From the IMG/VR virus record IMGVR_UViG_3300021224_000010, positions 1 to 51,590 of that record: a DNA stretch of 51,590 nt; one strand, given 5' to 3'. Source of the stretch: a virus (lineage: Duplodnaviria > Caudoviricetes). The notes beneath the pieces are model-generated. The model was not told the DNA's origin. It saw nothing but the letters and a program-made list of their open reading frames with translations, and searched no databases. Of the stretch, positions 25,805 to 35,492 are shown piece after piece. Each line of letters begins with the position of its first letter. Within the stretch, counting starts at the first letter, position 1. Both the position numbers and the translations under genes were made by a program.

Positions 25805-26130
25805 TGGGCAGGCTATCTACCATCAAGCCGCGCATGAGTGCAGCGGAAGGCAGGCCGTTCGCTGTGCCTGTTGCTACCGAAGGATCAGAAGGGTGGGGAT
25901 CAGGCCGGGGTGGTCGTCCATGGAGGCGTATTCGTGCCGCCATCCTCCTGCGTGACAACTACACATGTCAGGCCTGCGGCCTCATCACACAGAAGCTTGA
26001 GGTGGACCACATCGTCAATCGCGCACTGGGCGGCTCCGACGATGATTGCAACCTCCAAGCTCTTTGTATCCCTTGCCACAAGCTGAAGACGGCCGCCGAG
26101 TCGGCTCAGGGTGCAGGTCGCGTGGTCTGA
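25804..26130 (+). CDS. HNH endonuclease (HK97 gp74-like packaging cofactor)
   Basis: RDNYTCQAC, EVDHI, NLQALCIPCHKLKT; upstream of terS. Confidence 0.92.
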   Translation: MGRLSTIKPRMSAAEGRPFAVPVATEGSEGWGSGRGGRPWRRIRAAILLRDNYTCQACGLITQKLEVDHIVNRALGGSDDDCNLQALCIPCHKLKTAAESAQGAGRVV

Positions 26131-26285
26131 TCGTCGGGCGGACGGGTAAATGAGAAGAATTTTCATTTGATCGACTGCGGCACGCCAGTGCCCCGGGGGC
26201 GGTTCGAAACCATGGAGCCTTTTCTGTAGGACACCGCCCCCGATCTCATTTAGAGATTTTTTCCCCCCTCACAGGTTTTTTGTTA
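26131..26285. other. Probable cos (packaging) region
   Basis: Non-coding HNH-terS interval with GC-rich GCCCCGGGGGGC. Inferred from position. Confidence 0.5.
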
Positions 26286-26774
26286 ATGGCTTTAACAACC
26301 AAACAGCGCGCATTTATCGAGTCTGTTAGGAGGGGTGCGTCCAATCGTGACGCAGCGATAGCCGCAGGATACGCAGCCTCCAGCGCTTCGGCCGCAGGTT
26401 CAAGGCTGGCAAAACATCCAATGGTGATTGCCGCGTTGGCCGGCGCACCCATTAACAAAAATGTTAAAGCCGGCGCGCCTGCTCGGCTGCCCAGGCAGGC
26501 TCCTCTTGATCTGGAGGAGGGCGCCGAAGAGTTCTCGTTCGATGCTGCCAAGGTCTTGTCTTTCTCCGACCCGAAAGACTTTCTTCTGGCCACCATGAAC
26601 GACTTCAGCACTGAGCCGAAGTTGAGAGTTGATGCCGCCAAGGCCTTGATGCCTTTCGTACACCAGCGCAAAGGCGAGGGCGGGAAGAAGGAAGAAAAGG
26701 ACCAGGCCGCCAAATCAGCGAGCAAGGGTAAGTTCGGTGCTGCCGCACCGCCTCAACTGAGATCGGTGAAATAA
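26286..26774 (+). CDS. terS: Terminase small subunit
   Basis: LTTKQRAF...AAIAAGY HTH; directly upstream of terL. Confidence 0.88.
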   Translation: MALTTKQRAFIESVRRGASNRDAAIAAGYAASSASAAGSRLAKHPMVIAALAGAPINKNVKAGAPARLPRQAPLDLEEGAEEFSFDAAKVLSFSDPKDFLLATMNDFSTEPKLRVDAAKALMPFVHQRKGEGGKKEEKDQAAKSASKGKFGAAAPPQLRSVK

Positions 26775-28463
26775 ATGAGCGAACCCGTCTGGAGTACCAG
26801 TTGCCCAGATTGGGAAACGAAGATTGTGAATCGCCAGTCGCTCGTGCCCTTTGCTCCGCTGTTTCCTGAAGAAGCGCGGGCTTGTATGCAGGTCATGGGC
26901 GACCTTCGCATTGTGGATGCGCCAGGTAGTCCGCTGATCAGTGAGTCATGCGCCCCTTGGATCGATGATCTGGGGAGCGCCATCTTTGGTGCATACAACG
27001 CCGATACCGGGGAGCGGCTCATCAAGGAGTTCTTCCTGCTCATCAGCAAAAAGAACGCAAAAAGCACGATTGCCGCTGCAATCATGCTGACCGTATTGAT
27101 CCGCAACTGGCGGCAGTCCGCAGAGTTCATCATTTTGGCACCCACCATTGAGGTGGCAAATAATGCGTATGCCCCAGCCCGGGACATGGTCAAGCATGAT
27201 GAGGAGCTGAGCGCGCTTTTGCATGTTCAGGATCACGTCCGAACGATCACACACCGCGAGTCGGGAGCGACCTTGAAAGTGGTTGCTGCTGACCAGAATA
27301 CAGTTGGCGGTAAGAAGGCGGCTGTTGTCCTGGTCGACGAGTTGCACCTGTTCGGCAAGAACCCGCACGCAGCGAACATGCTTCGAGAAGCGACTGGTGG
27401 ATTGGCTTCTCGGCCAGAAGGTTTCGTGATTTACCTCACGACCCAGTCGGACCAACCGCCGGCGGGTGTTTTCCGTGAAAAGCTGATGTACGCCCGTGGC
27501 GTGCGCGACGGCACGATTGTTGACCCGAACTTTCTTCCGATCATCTATGAGTTCCCGAAGCGGATGCTCGATGCCGGAACCCATCGGTCGCCCGAGAACT
27601 TCTACGTCACCAATCCGAATATGGGTTACTCGGTCAGTGAAAAATTCCTGATTCGTGAGATGGGCAAGGCTGAGGAGGCGGGAGAGGCCGAGGTGCTTGG
27701 GTTTATGTCCAAGCATTTGAACGTTGAAATCGGTCTTGCGCTGCGCTCTGACCGCTGGGCTGGTGCTGATTTTTGGGCTGCGGCGGCTATCCCAGTTTTG
27801 ACCTTGGACAAGCTGATCGAAATGTCCGAGGTGATTGCGGTGGGGATCGATGGTGGGGGGCTTGATGACCTTCTTGGATTTGCTGCCGTGGGCCGTGACA
27901 AGCGAACCCGCGATTGGCTGGTCTGGACTCATGCCTGGGCTCACCCGTCAGTGCTTGAGCGGCGAAAGGCAGAGGCTCCACGCTTCAGGGATTTCGAGAA
28001 GGACGGGAATCTGACGTTGTCTGAGCGCATTGGCGACGATGTTGCCGACGTGGCTGACCTGGTGGAGCAGGTAGAGGCGTCTGGTCTCCTTGATAAGGTT
28101 GGCTGCGACCCGGTCGGCATTGGGGCGATTTATGACGCAATGATTGAGCGAGAGATACCCCCGGAAAAGATTGTTGCGATCAGTCAGGGCTGGAAGCTAG
28201 GCGGGGCGATCAAGACCGCTGAGCGCAAGCTTGCCGAGGGCGGCATGAAGCACGGGGGCCAGGCAATGATGGCCTGGTGCGTGAGTAACGCAAAGGTTGA
28301 GCCCAGAGCCAACTCCATCTTAATCACCAAACAAGCCAGCGGGTCGGCCAAGATCGACCCCTTAATGGCTCTATTTAACGCTGTGACCCTGATATCTCTG
28401 AACCCTGAAGGCCGGGGCAATGACGACTTCATGGCTGCCATTCGGAACCCGATAATTGTATGA
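26775..28463 (+). CDS. terL: Terminase large subunit
   Basis: Walker A-like ISKKNAKST, Walker B VLVDELH, nuclease GIDGG..DD, KIDP. Confidence 0.95.
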   Translation: MSEPVWSTSCPDWETKIVNRQSLVPFAPLFPEEARACMQVMGDLRIVDAPGSPLISESCAPWIDDLGSAIFGAYNADTGERLIKEFFLLISKKNAKSTIAAAIMLTVLIRNWRQSAEFIILAPTIEVANNAYAPARDMVKHDEELSALLHVQDHVRTITHRESGATLKVVAADQNTVGGKKAAVVLVDELHLFGKNPHAANMLREATGGLASRPEGFVIYLTTQSDQPPAGVFREKLMYARGVRDGTIVDPNFLPIIYEFPKRMLDAGTHRSPENFYVTNPNMGYSVSEKFLIREMGKAEEAGEAEVLGFMSKHLNVEIGLALRSDRWAGADFWAAAAIPVLTLDKLIEMSEVIAVGIDGGGLDDLLGFAAVGRDKRTRDWLVWTHAWAHPSVLERRKAEAPRFRDFEKDGNLTLSERIGDDVADVADLVEQVEASGLLDKVGCDPVGIGAIYDAMIEREIPPEKIVAISQGWKLGGAIKTAERKLAEGGMKHGGQAMMAWCVSNAKVEPRANSILITKQASGSAKIDPLMALFNAVTLISLNPEGRGNDDFMAAIRNPIIV

Positions 28464-28621
28464 ATCCATTGCACGTATTTGTAGCCGCTGCTCTGTGCGG
28501 GTTCGCCCTGGCCGTGGCGGGGGTCTACGTTCTTGCCGGCTTAGGCTGGTCACTGCTGGCGGGATCGGTGTCCTTGCTTCTCATCGCTGGTTTCGTGCGC
28601 AAGGGGCTAACAGATGGCTAA
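28460..28621 (+). CDS. Small two-TM membrane protein between terL and portal (not in ORF track)
   Basis: 53 aa MNPLHVFVAAALCGFALAVAGVYVLAGLGWSLL...; ATGA overlap with terL. Confidence 0.75.
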   Translation: MNPLHVFVAAALCGFALAVAGVYVLAGLGWSLLAGSVSLLLIAGFVRKGLTDG

Positions 28622-29915
28622 GACTCTTTCGTCAGTCATTGGCAGTGCAGCGCGCAAGCCAAGTGCCTCGGTTGCTGACTGGATCGGCAAGACGATTAAG
28701 TTGACGGATGGCGGCTTCTGGGGGCAGTTCCTTGGTGGCCAATCCAGTTCTGGCAAGACAGTAACGGTCGATAACGCGATGCATCTGTCGGCTGTCTGGG
28801 CGTGCGTTCGTATCATCTCCACCTCCGTTGCTGGTCTGCCTCTAGGGGTGTATCAGAGGGATGCTGATGGAGGGAGGAAGGACGCCCGGGACTTCGCCAT
28901 TTATGACGTTATTCATAACAGCCCCAACGAGGATATGACGGCCTTTCAGTTCTGGCAGGCCATGGTTTCTGCAATGCTGCTGCGGGGAAATGCCTACGCA
29001 GAAGTTTTGCGAATCGGCGGCCGGGTGGTTGCTCTGGATTTTCTATTGCCTTCGAGGGTCGATTTGGATCTGGATGGCGATGGCAGAATTGAGTATTGGT
29101 ACACGCCTCGCAAAGGGCCGCGCCGCAAAATTGAACGCGCCGATATGCTGCACATTCCAGCATTCAGCCTTGATGGCCGGGTGGGGCTTTCGGCAATTCG
29201 TTACGGGGCCGATGTATTCGGTTCAGCAATGTCAGCTGATGACGCTGCCAACGGTACCTTCAAAAACGGTTTGCTTCCCGCGGTCGCGTTTAAGATCGAT
29301 CGGACATTGAAGCCTGAACAGCGCGAAGAGTTTCGCGATTACGTCAAGCAGGTGTCTGGCGCCCTAAACGCCGGCAGATCGCCTGTGCTTGAGCAAGGCA
29401 TCACGCCAGAAACGATCGGCATCAATCCTGTGGATGCGCAGCTCCTGGAGTCGAGGGCCTACAGCACTGAGGAAATCTGCCGATGGTTTGGTGTTCCGCC
29501 CTGGATGGTTGGTAAGACTGATTCGGGCAGCAACTGGGGGACCGGTCTTGAGCAACAGATGATTGCATTCCTCACGTTTAGCATCAGTTCGATCACCAAC
29601 CAAATTCAGCAATGCATCAACAAGAGGCTATTGACACCGGTCGAGCGCCGCACCTATTACTCCGAGTATGCGCTGGAGGCCTTCCTGAAGGCTGACAGTG
29701 CAGGGCGGGCTGAGTGGTACAGCAAGATGACTCAGAACGGCGTAATGACCCGAGATGAGTGCAGGGTCAAAGAGAACCTGCCTCGCCACGGAGGAAACGC
29801 CGCCGTGCTTACGGTGCAAACCAACTTGGCGCCGATTGATCAACTCGGCAAGACAACCGATGGCCAGGCCGCGCAGGCCGCCTTAAAAAGCTGGCTCGGC
29901 CAGAGCGAGGAGTAA
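28614..29915 (+). CDS. Portal protein, HK97 family
   Basis: SAVWACVRII, LLRGNAYA, EICRWFGVPP. Confidence 0.95.
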   Translation: MAKTLSSVIGSAARKPSASVADWIGKTIKLTDGGFWGQFLGGQSSSGKTVTVDNAMHLSAVWACVRIISTSVAGLPLGVYQRDADGGRKDARDFAIYDVIHNSPNEDMTAFQFWQAMVSAMLLRGNAYAEVLRIGGRVVALDFLLPSRVDLDLDGDGRIEYWYTPRKGPRRKIERADMLHIPAFSLDGRVGLSAIRYGADVFGSAMSADDAANGTFKNGLLPAVAFKIDRTLKPEQREEFRDYVKQVSGALNAGRSPVLEQGITPETIGINPVDAQLLESRAYSTEEICRWFGVPPWMVGKTDSGSNWGTGLEQQMIAFLTFSISSITNQIQQCINKRLLTPVERRTYYSEYALEAFLKADSAGRAEWYSKMTQNGVMTRDECRVKENLPRHGGNAAVLTVQTNLAPIDQLGKTTDGQAAQAALKSWLGQSEE

Positions 29916-29917
29916 AA

Positions 29918-30781
29918 ATGCCGAAAGACATCAAGGCGAACAGTATGCGCTGTGAGATCACGCCGCGGGCACTTGAGTTGTGGAACCCAGGCATTCAAGC
30001 CGCTCTTGAGGCCGACACAGACACCATCACCATCTATGGAGTCATTGGTGAAGACTGGTGGGGCGAGGGCAATACCGTAAAGCGTGTCGACGCGGCACTT
30101 CGTGCCATCGGTGACCAGCCTGTCACCGTATACATCAACTCCCCTGGCGGCGATATGTTCGAGGGGATCGCGATTTACAACCGGCTGATGGAGCATTCTC
30201 AGGAGGTCACCACCAAAGTGCTAGGGCTTGCTGCCTCTGCCGCCTCGGTGGTTGCAATGGCCGGCGCAAAGCGGGAAATCGCCAAGAGCGCTTTCTTGAT
30301 GATCCATAACTGCTGGACCTACTACGCCGGTAATCGCCACGCGATCCGCGAGCTCGCCGACACCATGGAGGAGTTCGACCAGGCGATGATTGGCGTGTAC
30401 GCCGATACCAGTGGGCAGGACGAGAAAGATATCGAGAAGATGCTCGATGCCGAAACCTACATGAACGGCACTACGGCTGTTGAAAAGGGATTTGCCACCG
30501 GATTGTTTTCCGCCTCCGAGGTCAAGGAGGCTGATGACGACACGCAGTCGCAAGCTCAGGCTGCTCGCCGGCTGGATGCGGCACTGGCGAAATCCGGCAT
30601 GCCGCGTAGTGAACGTCGCAAACTTATTTCTGAAATCAAGACCGGCACGCCTAGCGCTGCCGGCGGCGACACGCCTCGCGCTGTCGTGCCGGGTATGCCT
30701 CGCGCTGCCCTTGATGTATCCGCGTTTGAAGAGACCGCAACCCAGGCGTCTGCGCTACGGAGCCTTATCCCAACCCGATAG
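29918..30781 (+). CDS. Prohead protease, ClpP-like
   Basis: INSPGGD, GLAASAAS, LMIHN. Confidence 0.93.
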   Translation: MPKDIKANSMRCEITPRALELWNPGIQAALEADTDTITIYGVIGEDWWGEGNTVKRVDAALRAIGDQPVTVYINSPGGDMFEGIAIYNRLMEHSQEVTTKVLGLAASAASVVAMAGAKREIAKSAFLMIHNCWTYYAGNRHAIRELADTMEEFDQAMIGVYADTSGQDEKDIEKMLDAETYMNGTTAVEKGFATGLFSASEVKEADDDTQSQAQAARRLDAALAKSGMPRSERRKLISEIKTGTPSAAGGDTPRAVVPGMPRAALDVSAFEETATQASALRSLIPTR

Positions 30782-30807
30782 ACGACTGAATCAGCAGCCC
30801 GATTAGT

Positions 30808-30830
30808 AACCGCCCAAGTGGCGGTTTTTT
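30808..30830 (+). terminator. Terminator-like hairpin before capsid gene
   Basis: AACCGCC/GGCGGTT plus T run. Confidence 0.6.
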
Positions 30831-30851
30831 CATTTCTAAGGAAACCAAATC

Positions 30852-32048
30852 ATGCCTCAAGACCTTTCGCAAATCGAAGCTTCTCAGAAGCAAACCCAGG
30901 CCGACTTGAAAGCTGTCGGCGATCAAATCAAAACTTATGCAGAGCGCACCGAGAAGGAAATCAGAGCCTCTGGGGAGATGCAGGCCGAAACTCGGGCAAA
31001 GGTCGACGAGTTGCTGACAGCGCAAGGCGACTTGCAGGCGCGCGTTCGGGAGGCCGAACAGAAACTGGTTAATGCGGGCAAGCAGCATGAGCCGGAAATT
31101 CAGCAGTCTGCCGGCCAAATGGTTGCAGCCAAAATGCAGGAGGAGGGCGTAAGCAGTTCTTTCCGTGGGTCTCGACGTGTCGAGGTTCCTCGCGCCGCAA
31201 TCACTTCGGCCCCAGCTTCCGGCGGCGCTTTGGTCGCTCCTGACCGTGTCGGCGTGATCTTGGCTCCCCAGCGCCGGCTGACTATCCGCGATCTGGTTGC
31301 ACCTGGTACGACTGGTGCGAACGCTGTTGAGTACGTTCGTGAGACTGGCTTTACCAACAACGCTGCCATCGTTGGTGAAGGCTTGGCCAAGCCTTACAGC
31401 GAACTGACTTTTGGTCTCGAAAACGCGAACGTGCGCACTATTGCCCACTTGTTCAAAGGCAGCCGTCAGATTCTTGATGATGCGGCGGCTCTGCAGAGCT
31501 ACATCGATGCGCGCGCTCGTTACGGCTTGCTGCTGGCTGAAGAGGCGCAGCTGCTTTACGGCAACGGTACCGGTAACAACCTGCACGGCATCATTCCGCA
31601 AGCACAGGCCTACGTGACGCCTTCGGGCATCATTGTTGAAGCCGAGCAACGCATTGACCGTATTCGCTTGGCGTTGCTGCAAGCGACTCTGGCCGAGTTT
31701 CCTTCCACGGGCATTGTGCTCAACCCGATTGATTGGGCCGCCATCGAACTGCTGAAGGATGGGGAAAACCGTTACATCATCGGCAAACCACAGGAAGGCA
31801 CCTCGCCACGCCTGTGGAACCTGCCGGTGGTGGAAACGCAGGCCATCGTCCAGGGGCAGTTCCTTACCGGCGCCTTCAGCCTTGCAGCACAGATCTTTGA
31901 TCGCATGGGTATCGAAGTCCTCGTCTCGACTGAGAACGACAAGGACTTTGAGAACAACATGGTCACCATTCGCGCGGAGGAGCGACTTGCATTTGCGGTG
32001 TACCGCCCTGAAGCGTTCGTGACCGGCCCGCTGGTCGCTGCTCCGTAA
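30852..32048 (+). CDS. Major capsid protein, HK97 fold
   Basis: Coiled-coil delta domain, GEGLAKP, LLYGNGTG, IRAEERL. Confidence 0.95.
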   Translation: MPQDLSQIEASQKQTQADLKAVGDQIKTYAERTEKEIRASGEMQAETRAKVDELLTAQGDLQARVREAEQKLVNAGKQHEPEIQQSAGQMVAAKMQEEGVSSSFRGSRRVEVPRAAITSAPASGGALVAPDRVGVILAPQRRLTIRDLVAPGTTGANAVEYVRETGFTNNAAIVGEGLAKPYSELTFGLENANVRTIAHLFKGSRQILDDAAALQSYIDARARYGLLLAEEAQLLYGNGTGNNLHGIIPQAQAYVTPSGIIVEAEQRIDRIRLALLQATLAEFPSTGIVLNPIDWAAIELLKDGENRYIIGKPQEGTSPRLWNLPVVETQAIVQGQFLTGAFSLAAQIFDRMGIEVLVSTENDKDFENNMVTIRAEERLAFAVYRPEAFVTGPLVAAP

Positions 32049-32108
32049 GTCCAGCCCTCAAGTAAGTGGCCGTCAACCGACGGCCATTTCCATATAGGAG
32101 AGACGCAA

Positions 32109-32525
32109 ATGTCCCGTGGAAGCAAATCAAAGCTTGAAGCACCCCAGCCTGCAGCCTCGGCAGATGCTTCGGACGCCATCGCCGACGCTGGCGATTCGTC
32201 AGTGATTATTTCTGATTCGACGGTTGCATTGACGACGACAGGCGCCCCAGCATTTGACGCTGACGCTGACGCTGACGCTGACGCTGACGCTGACGCTGAC
32301 GCTGACGCTGACGCTGACGCTGACGCTGAGGCTGACGCTGAGGCTGACGCTGAGGCTGACGCTGACGCTGATCCAAGTAACCTGCTTTTGATCTACCCAG
32401 TTCGTAGCTATCTGGACGGCAAAGAAATCCGACAGGCTGGTGGGGCCGCATACCGATCTCCGAAGCATGAAGCGCTCTTGTTGATCGCGAAGGGCTTGGC
32501 GACTGAAACCGACCCAAAGGCCTGA
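32109..32525 (+). CDS. Head-region protein with acidic DA/EA repeat
   Basis: GGAG RBS; between capsid and connector genes. Confidence 0.75.
   Translation: MSRGSKSKLEAPQPAASADASDAIADAGDSSVIISDSTVALTTTGAPAFDADADADADADADADADADADADAEADAEADAEADADADPSNLLLIYPVRSYLDGKEIRQAGGAAYRSPKHEALLLIAKGLATETDPKA
32256..32369 (+). repeat. Hexamer tandem repeat GA(C/G)GCT x19
   Basis: 12 perfect GACGCT units, then 7 mixed GAGGCT/GACGCT units; in frame. Confidence 0.97.
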
Positions 32526-32526
32526 C

Positions 32527-32868
32527 ATGAACATCATTCCGACCGATGAGGCTATGCGACATCTGCGTGCTGAAGACGATGACGTGGCTGATGTCGAGTT
32601 GTACCTTTCCGCCGCGGAAGATAGCGCTGCTCAGTTCCTGAATCGAAAGATCTTCGCTGATCAGGCTGCGCTTGATGAGGCTGTCGCAGAGGGGGTGGCG
32701 GGCGACCGCCCGGTGCTGATAAACCCCTCTATCCGCGCTGCATGTCTGCTCATCCTGGGAAATCTCTTTGAAAACCGCGAGGACACGGTCGTTGGCACCA
32801 TCTCATCTGAGTTGCCTTTCGGGTCGCGATCCTTGCTCACACCCTATCGAATTGGGTTGGGGGTTTGA
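32527..32868 (+). CDS. Head-tail connector (gp6-like)
   Basis: HLRAE, ACLLILGNLFENRE, LLTPYR. Confidence 0.9.
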   Translation: MNIIPTDEAMRHLRAEDDDVADVELYLSAAEDSAAQFLNRKIFADQAALDEAVAEGVAGDRPVLINPSIRAACLLILGNLFENREDTVVGTISSELPFGSRSLLTPYRIGLGV

Positions 32869-33200
32869 TGAGATCTGGACGATTGCGGAATCGCTGCATC
32901 TTGCAAAAGCCGGAGCGAGTCAAAAACGAAACGGGCGGTTTTGATGTTACCTGGGTCGAGGTGGGGAAGCTTTGGGCTGAAATTGCAATGCCTTCGGGTC
33001 GCACATCTCCCATGGCAGAAAAAATTGTCACAGTCGTGATTGCCGAGATACGCATTCGCCCCCGAGTTGATGCGCTCGCAGGGAACCGCCTTGTGCACGC
33101 ATCGAAGGGCATAAGTACCACATACCAAATCGAGGCGGCGCTGCTCGACAATAAGAACACCATGCTTCGGCTGCTGTGTTCAAACGTACCCAATCCATAG
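32865..33200 (+). CDS. Head closure / head-tail adaptor
   Basis: MRSGRLRNR...WAEI; position. Confidence 0.85.
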   Translation: MMRSGRLRNRCILQKPERVKNETGGFDVTWVEVGKLWAEIAMPSGRTSPMAEKIVTVVIAEIRIRPRVDALAGNRLVHASKGISTTYQIEAALLDNKNTMLRLLCSNVPNP

Positions 33201-33209
33201 AGGTGAATC

Positions 33210-33380
33210 ATGAAAGTTATTGCCCTGGGCATTTTGTCCGGCGCCACCGGTGACCGGGAAAAGGGTGAAGCGTTTACGGTCGAAGCCAGGCTTGGCGCCG
33301 ACCTAGTGGCGCGGGGCCTGGTAGAACCAGTTCCCGAGATTGTTCCTACCGCTGATAAGGTCGCTAAGGCCAAGGAGTAG
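33210..33380 (+). CDS. Small hypothetical virion-region protein (56 aa, not in ORF track)
   Basis: GAGGTG RBS; MKVIALGILSGATGDREKGEAF...LVARGLVE; fills the gap. Confidence 0.7.
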   Translation: MKVIALGILSGATGDREKGEAFTVEARLGADLVARGLVEPVPEIVPTADKVAKAKE

Positions 33381-33383
33381 GCC

Positions 33384-33887
33384 GTGGCCGCACGCCGATC
33401 ACGTATGTCCGGCGACTTCAAGCTGCGTAAGACGTTGCGCAGCATCCACGAAAAGATGGATAACGAACTGGCGCCGGCGATGAAAGATTCTGCTGAACGC
33501 ATACTTTCCTCTATGCGTCAGTTGATCCCGAAGGATACCGGGGCAGCTGCCGCTGCCTTGACGGTATTTGTATCCAGCAGCGGATTGGATGCGCAAATCG
33601 GTATTCGTGGGAAAAAGAACAAGCGAAGATTCTACTATCTCCGTTTCGTTGAGTATGGAACCAAGGGCTATGACGGTGGAAAGCGCGCAGGCAATCGGAA
33701 TCGGCGTGCCTCCAACAAGAGTGACGGTACACACTTCTTTGGCAAATACCCGGACATCCCGCGCCGGCCCGCGCACCCTTGGCTTCGGCCAGCAAAGGAC
33801 GTTAACAGGGAGTACGTGGTGGCCAACATCAAGGCCGCCATTGCGCGCACGCTGAGCAAGGCAAGCAAGGGGCTCAACAATGGCTGA
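33384..33887 (+). CDS. HK97 gp10-like tail completion protein
   Basis: PKDTG, FVEYGT, PAHPWLRPA. Confidence 0.88.
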   Translation: MAARRSRMSGDFKLRKTLRSIHEKMDNELAPAMKDSAERILSSMRQLIPKDTGAAAAALTVFVSSSGLDAQIGIRGKKNKRRFYYLRFVEYGTKGYDGGKRAGNRNRRASNKSDGTHFFGKYPDIPRRPAHPWLRPAKDVNREYVVANIKAAIARTLSKASKGLNNG

Positions 33888-34266
33888 TCCATCGGTTGCA
33901 TTGCAGGAGGCGATGTACGCCAGGCTGGAAGCCGAGGTGTCGTGTCCGGTCTACGACGGCGCGCCAATAGATACCCCCATGCCTTACGTTTCGTTTGACC
34001 GGGAGATATCCACCAACATCTCGCCCATCGCCGGTAGGAAGCGTCAGCAGCGCCTGATCTATCTGTCGGTCTGGTCGGATGCCCACGGCCAGGCTGAAGT
34101 GAAACGGATTCTCGGCGAGGTTGTGACGGCCCTGGATGAGCGCCGATTGCCGTTGACTGTTGGCCGCACTGTATCGGTCCGGGTCGAGCAGGCCGACGCC
34201 CATCGCGATGCTGACGGCGTCACGTATCAGGGATCGATCACGGTCCGCGTTATCACCACCCACTAA
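33880..34266 (+). CDS. Tail terminator (DUF3168-like)
   Basis: ALQEAMYARL, VYD..P, PYV, VWS. Confidence 0.85.
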   Translation: MADPSVALQEAMYARLEAEVSCPVYDGAPIDTPMPYVSFDREISTNISPIAGRKRQQRLIYLSVWSDAHGQAEVKRILGEVVTALDERRLPLTVGRTVSVRVEQADAHRDADGVTYQGSITVRVITTH

Positions 34267-34321
34267 ACCCAACACCCTGCCGCCCTGCGGCTTTATCCAA
34301 TGTGCCCTTGGAGGAATCCCC

Positions 34322-34822
34322 ATGGCCGAAGACAACCTCAATACAGCCGCCGGCTGCCGGATCGGTATCGGTAGTAAGAACGGCGCGGACACTGAAGCGC
34401 TCTACAAGGCAGACACCTACGTCGATATCGGCGAGGTGGAGGACCTAGGCGAGTTCGGCGACACCTTCAGTTCCGTAACCTTCACCTCGCTGCGCAACGG
34501 CCGAGTACGCAAGTACAAAGGCACTGCTGACGCGGGCGATCTGACCGTAACTGTCGGCCTCGACAACGGCGACCTGGGCCAGGCGAAGCTGAAGATCGCT
34601 CACAAGGATCGCAGCAAGGGCGACTACAACATCAAGATCACGCTGAACGATGGCGATCCTGATGCCACCCCAGCGCTGCTGCCGACCACGTTCTTCATGC
34701 GCGGGAAAGTGATGAACAATACCGTCGCTGCCGGTGCTGCTGACAACGTTGTCCGCCGCAACGTCACGATCGGTATTAACTCCGACGTCTTTGAAATCGA
34801 GCCGGAAGCGGCCACAGCCTAA
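34322..34822 (+). CDS. Major tail (tube) protein
   Basis: Start MAEDN has a GGAGG RBS; IGEVEDLGEFG, KYKGTADAG; position. Confidence 0.85.
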   Translation: MAEDNLNTAAGCRIGIGSKNGADTEALYKADTYVDIGEVEDLGEFGDTFSSVTFTSLRNGRVRKYKGTADAGDLTVTVGLDNGDLGQAKLKIAHKDRSKGDYNIKITLNDGDPDATPALLPTTFFMRGKVMNNTVAAGAADNVVRRNVTIGINSDVFEIEPEAATA

Positions 34823-34860
34823 CCTGCGGGGCTTCGGCCCCGACACTCAAGGATCGATAC

Positions 34861-35190
34861 ATGAGCAAAACCCTTCACGGTACCGTCGACATCTCGCTCG
34901 ATGGCGAGACCTACACCCTGAAGCCAACGCTCGCCGCTGTGCGGGCTATTGAGGCGTACTTCGGCGGCTTGCGCGGTGCGTCCCAGGCCATTAACGCCCT
35001 GAGCGTCGATGGTTGTGCGGTGATCATCGCAGGCGGCGCAGGTCTCAAAGGAAAGGCCGCCGAGGCAGTGGCCGAGCAGGTGTGGCAGGCCGGTGTGCTG
35101 GAAGTGTCCGTGCAGCTCAATGCCTACCTGGTGGCGCTGTACAACCCGAAAGGCCCCGACGCGGGAAAGACTCAGCCAGCGGCGGCGTAA
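34861..35190 (+). CDS. Tail assembly chaperone (gpG-like)
   Basis: Follows the tail tube gene; slippery site near the 3' end. Confidence 0.85.
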   Translation: MSKTLHGTVDISLDGETYTLKPTLAAVRAIEAYFGGLRGASQAINALSVDGCAVIIAGGAGLKGKAAEAVAEQVWQAGVLEVSVQLNAYLVALYNPKGPDAGKTQPAAA

Positions 35191-35441
35191 GTGCTATAGA
35201 GGACGGCAGCTATGTCGACCGGCTGTACGCGATGGCCACCGGCTGGCTTGGATGGCCGCCCGATCTGGCCTGGGTCACTCCGCTGCCTGAGCTGTTCCTG
35301 GCGATGGATGCCCGGGTCGAGTGGGCGCAGATGACCAACCCCTTCGGCGGTGGCAAGACGGCCTCGAAGAAATGCAAGCCGGCGCCTTCGGATGTGGCGG
35401 CGAAGCTAAGACAGGCTTTGACCGGGCGTCAAGCCGCGTAA
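35163..35441 (+). CDS. Tail assembly chaperone gpT-like part, made by -1 frameshift at GGGAAAG (35163-35169)
   Basis: Same heptamer as lambda G-T. The -1 frame is open to 35441 (ATGWLGWPP...TPL.EL). Confidence 0.8.
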   Translation, partial: GKDSASGGVSAIEDGSYVDRLYAMATGWLGWPPDLAWVTPLPELFLAMDARVEWAQMTNPFGGGKTASKKCKPAPSDVAAKLRQALTGRQAA

Positions 35442-35492
35442 TACGAGTAGCTTCTGGTACATTGCACGCTCAAAAGGAGAAGTGGCAAGGTC

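Noticed and set aside
26946-27944. 332-aa minus-strand ORF (and similar 30765-31682, 32837-33502)
   Set aside because: Antisense shadows of terminase, capsid and neck genes.
32256-32369. Repeat as a CRISPR array
   Set aside because: Simple hexamer tandem with no spacers; no cas genes seen.
32199-32562. Poly-SV and poly-QR ORFs on the minus strand
   Set aside because: Alternative readings of the GACGCT repeat.
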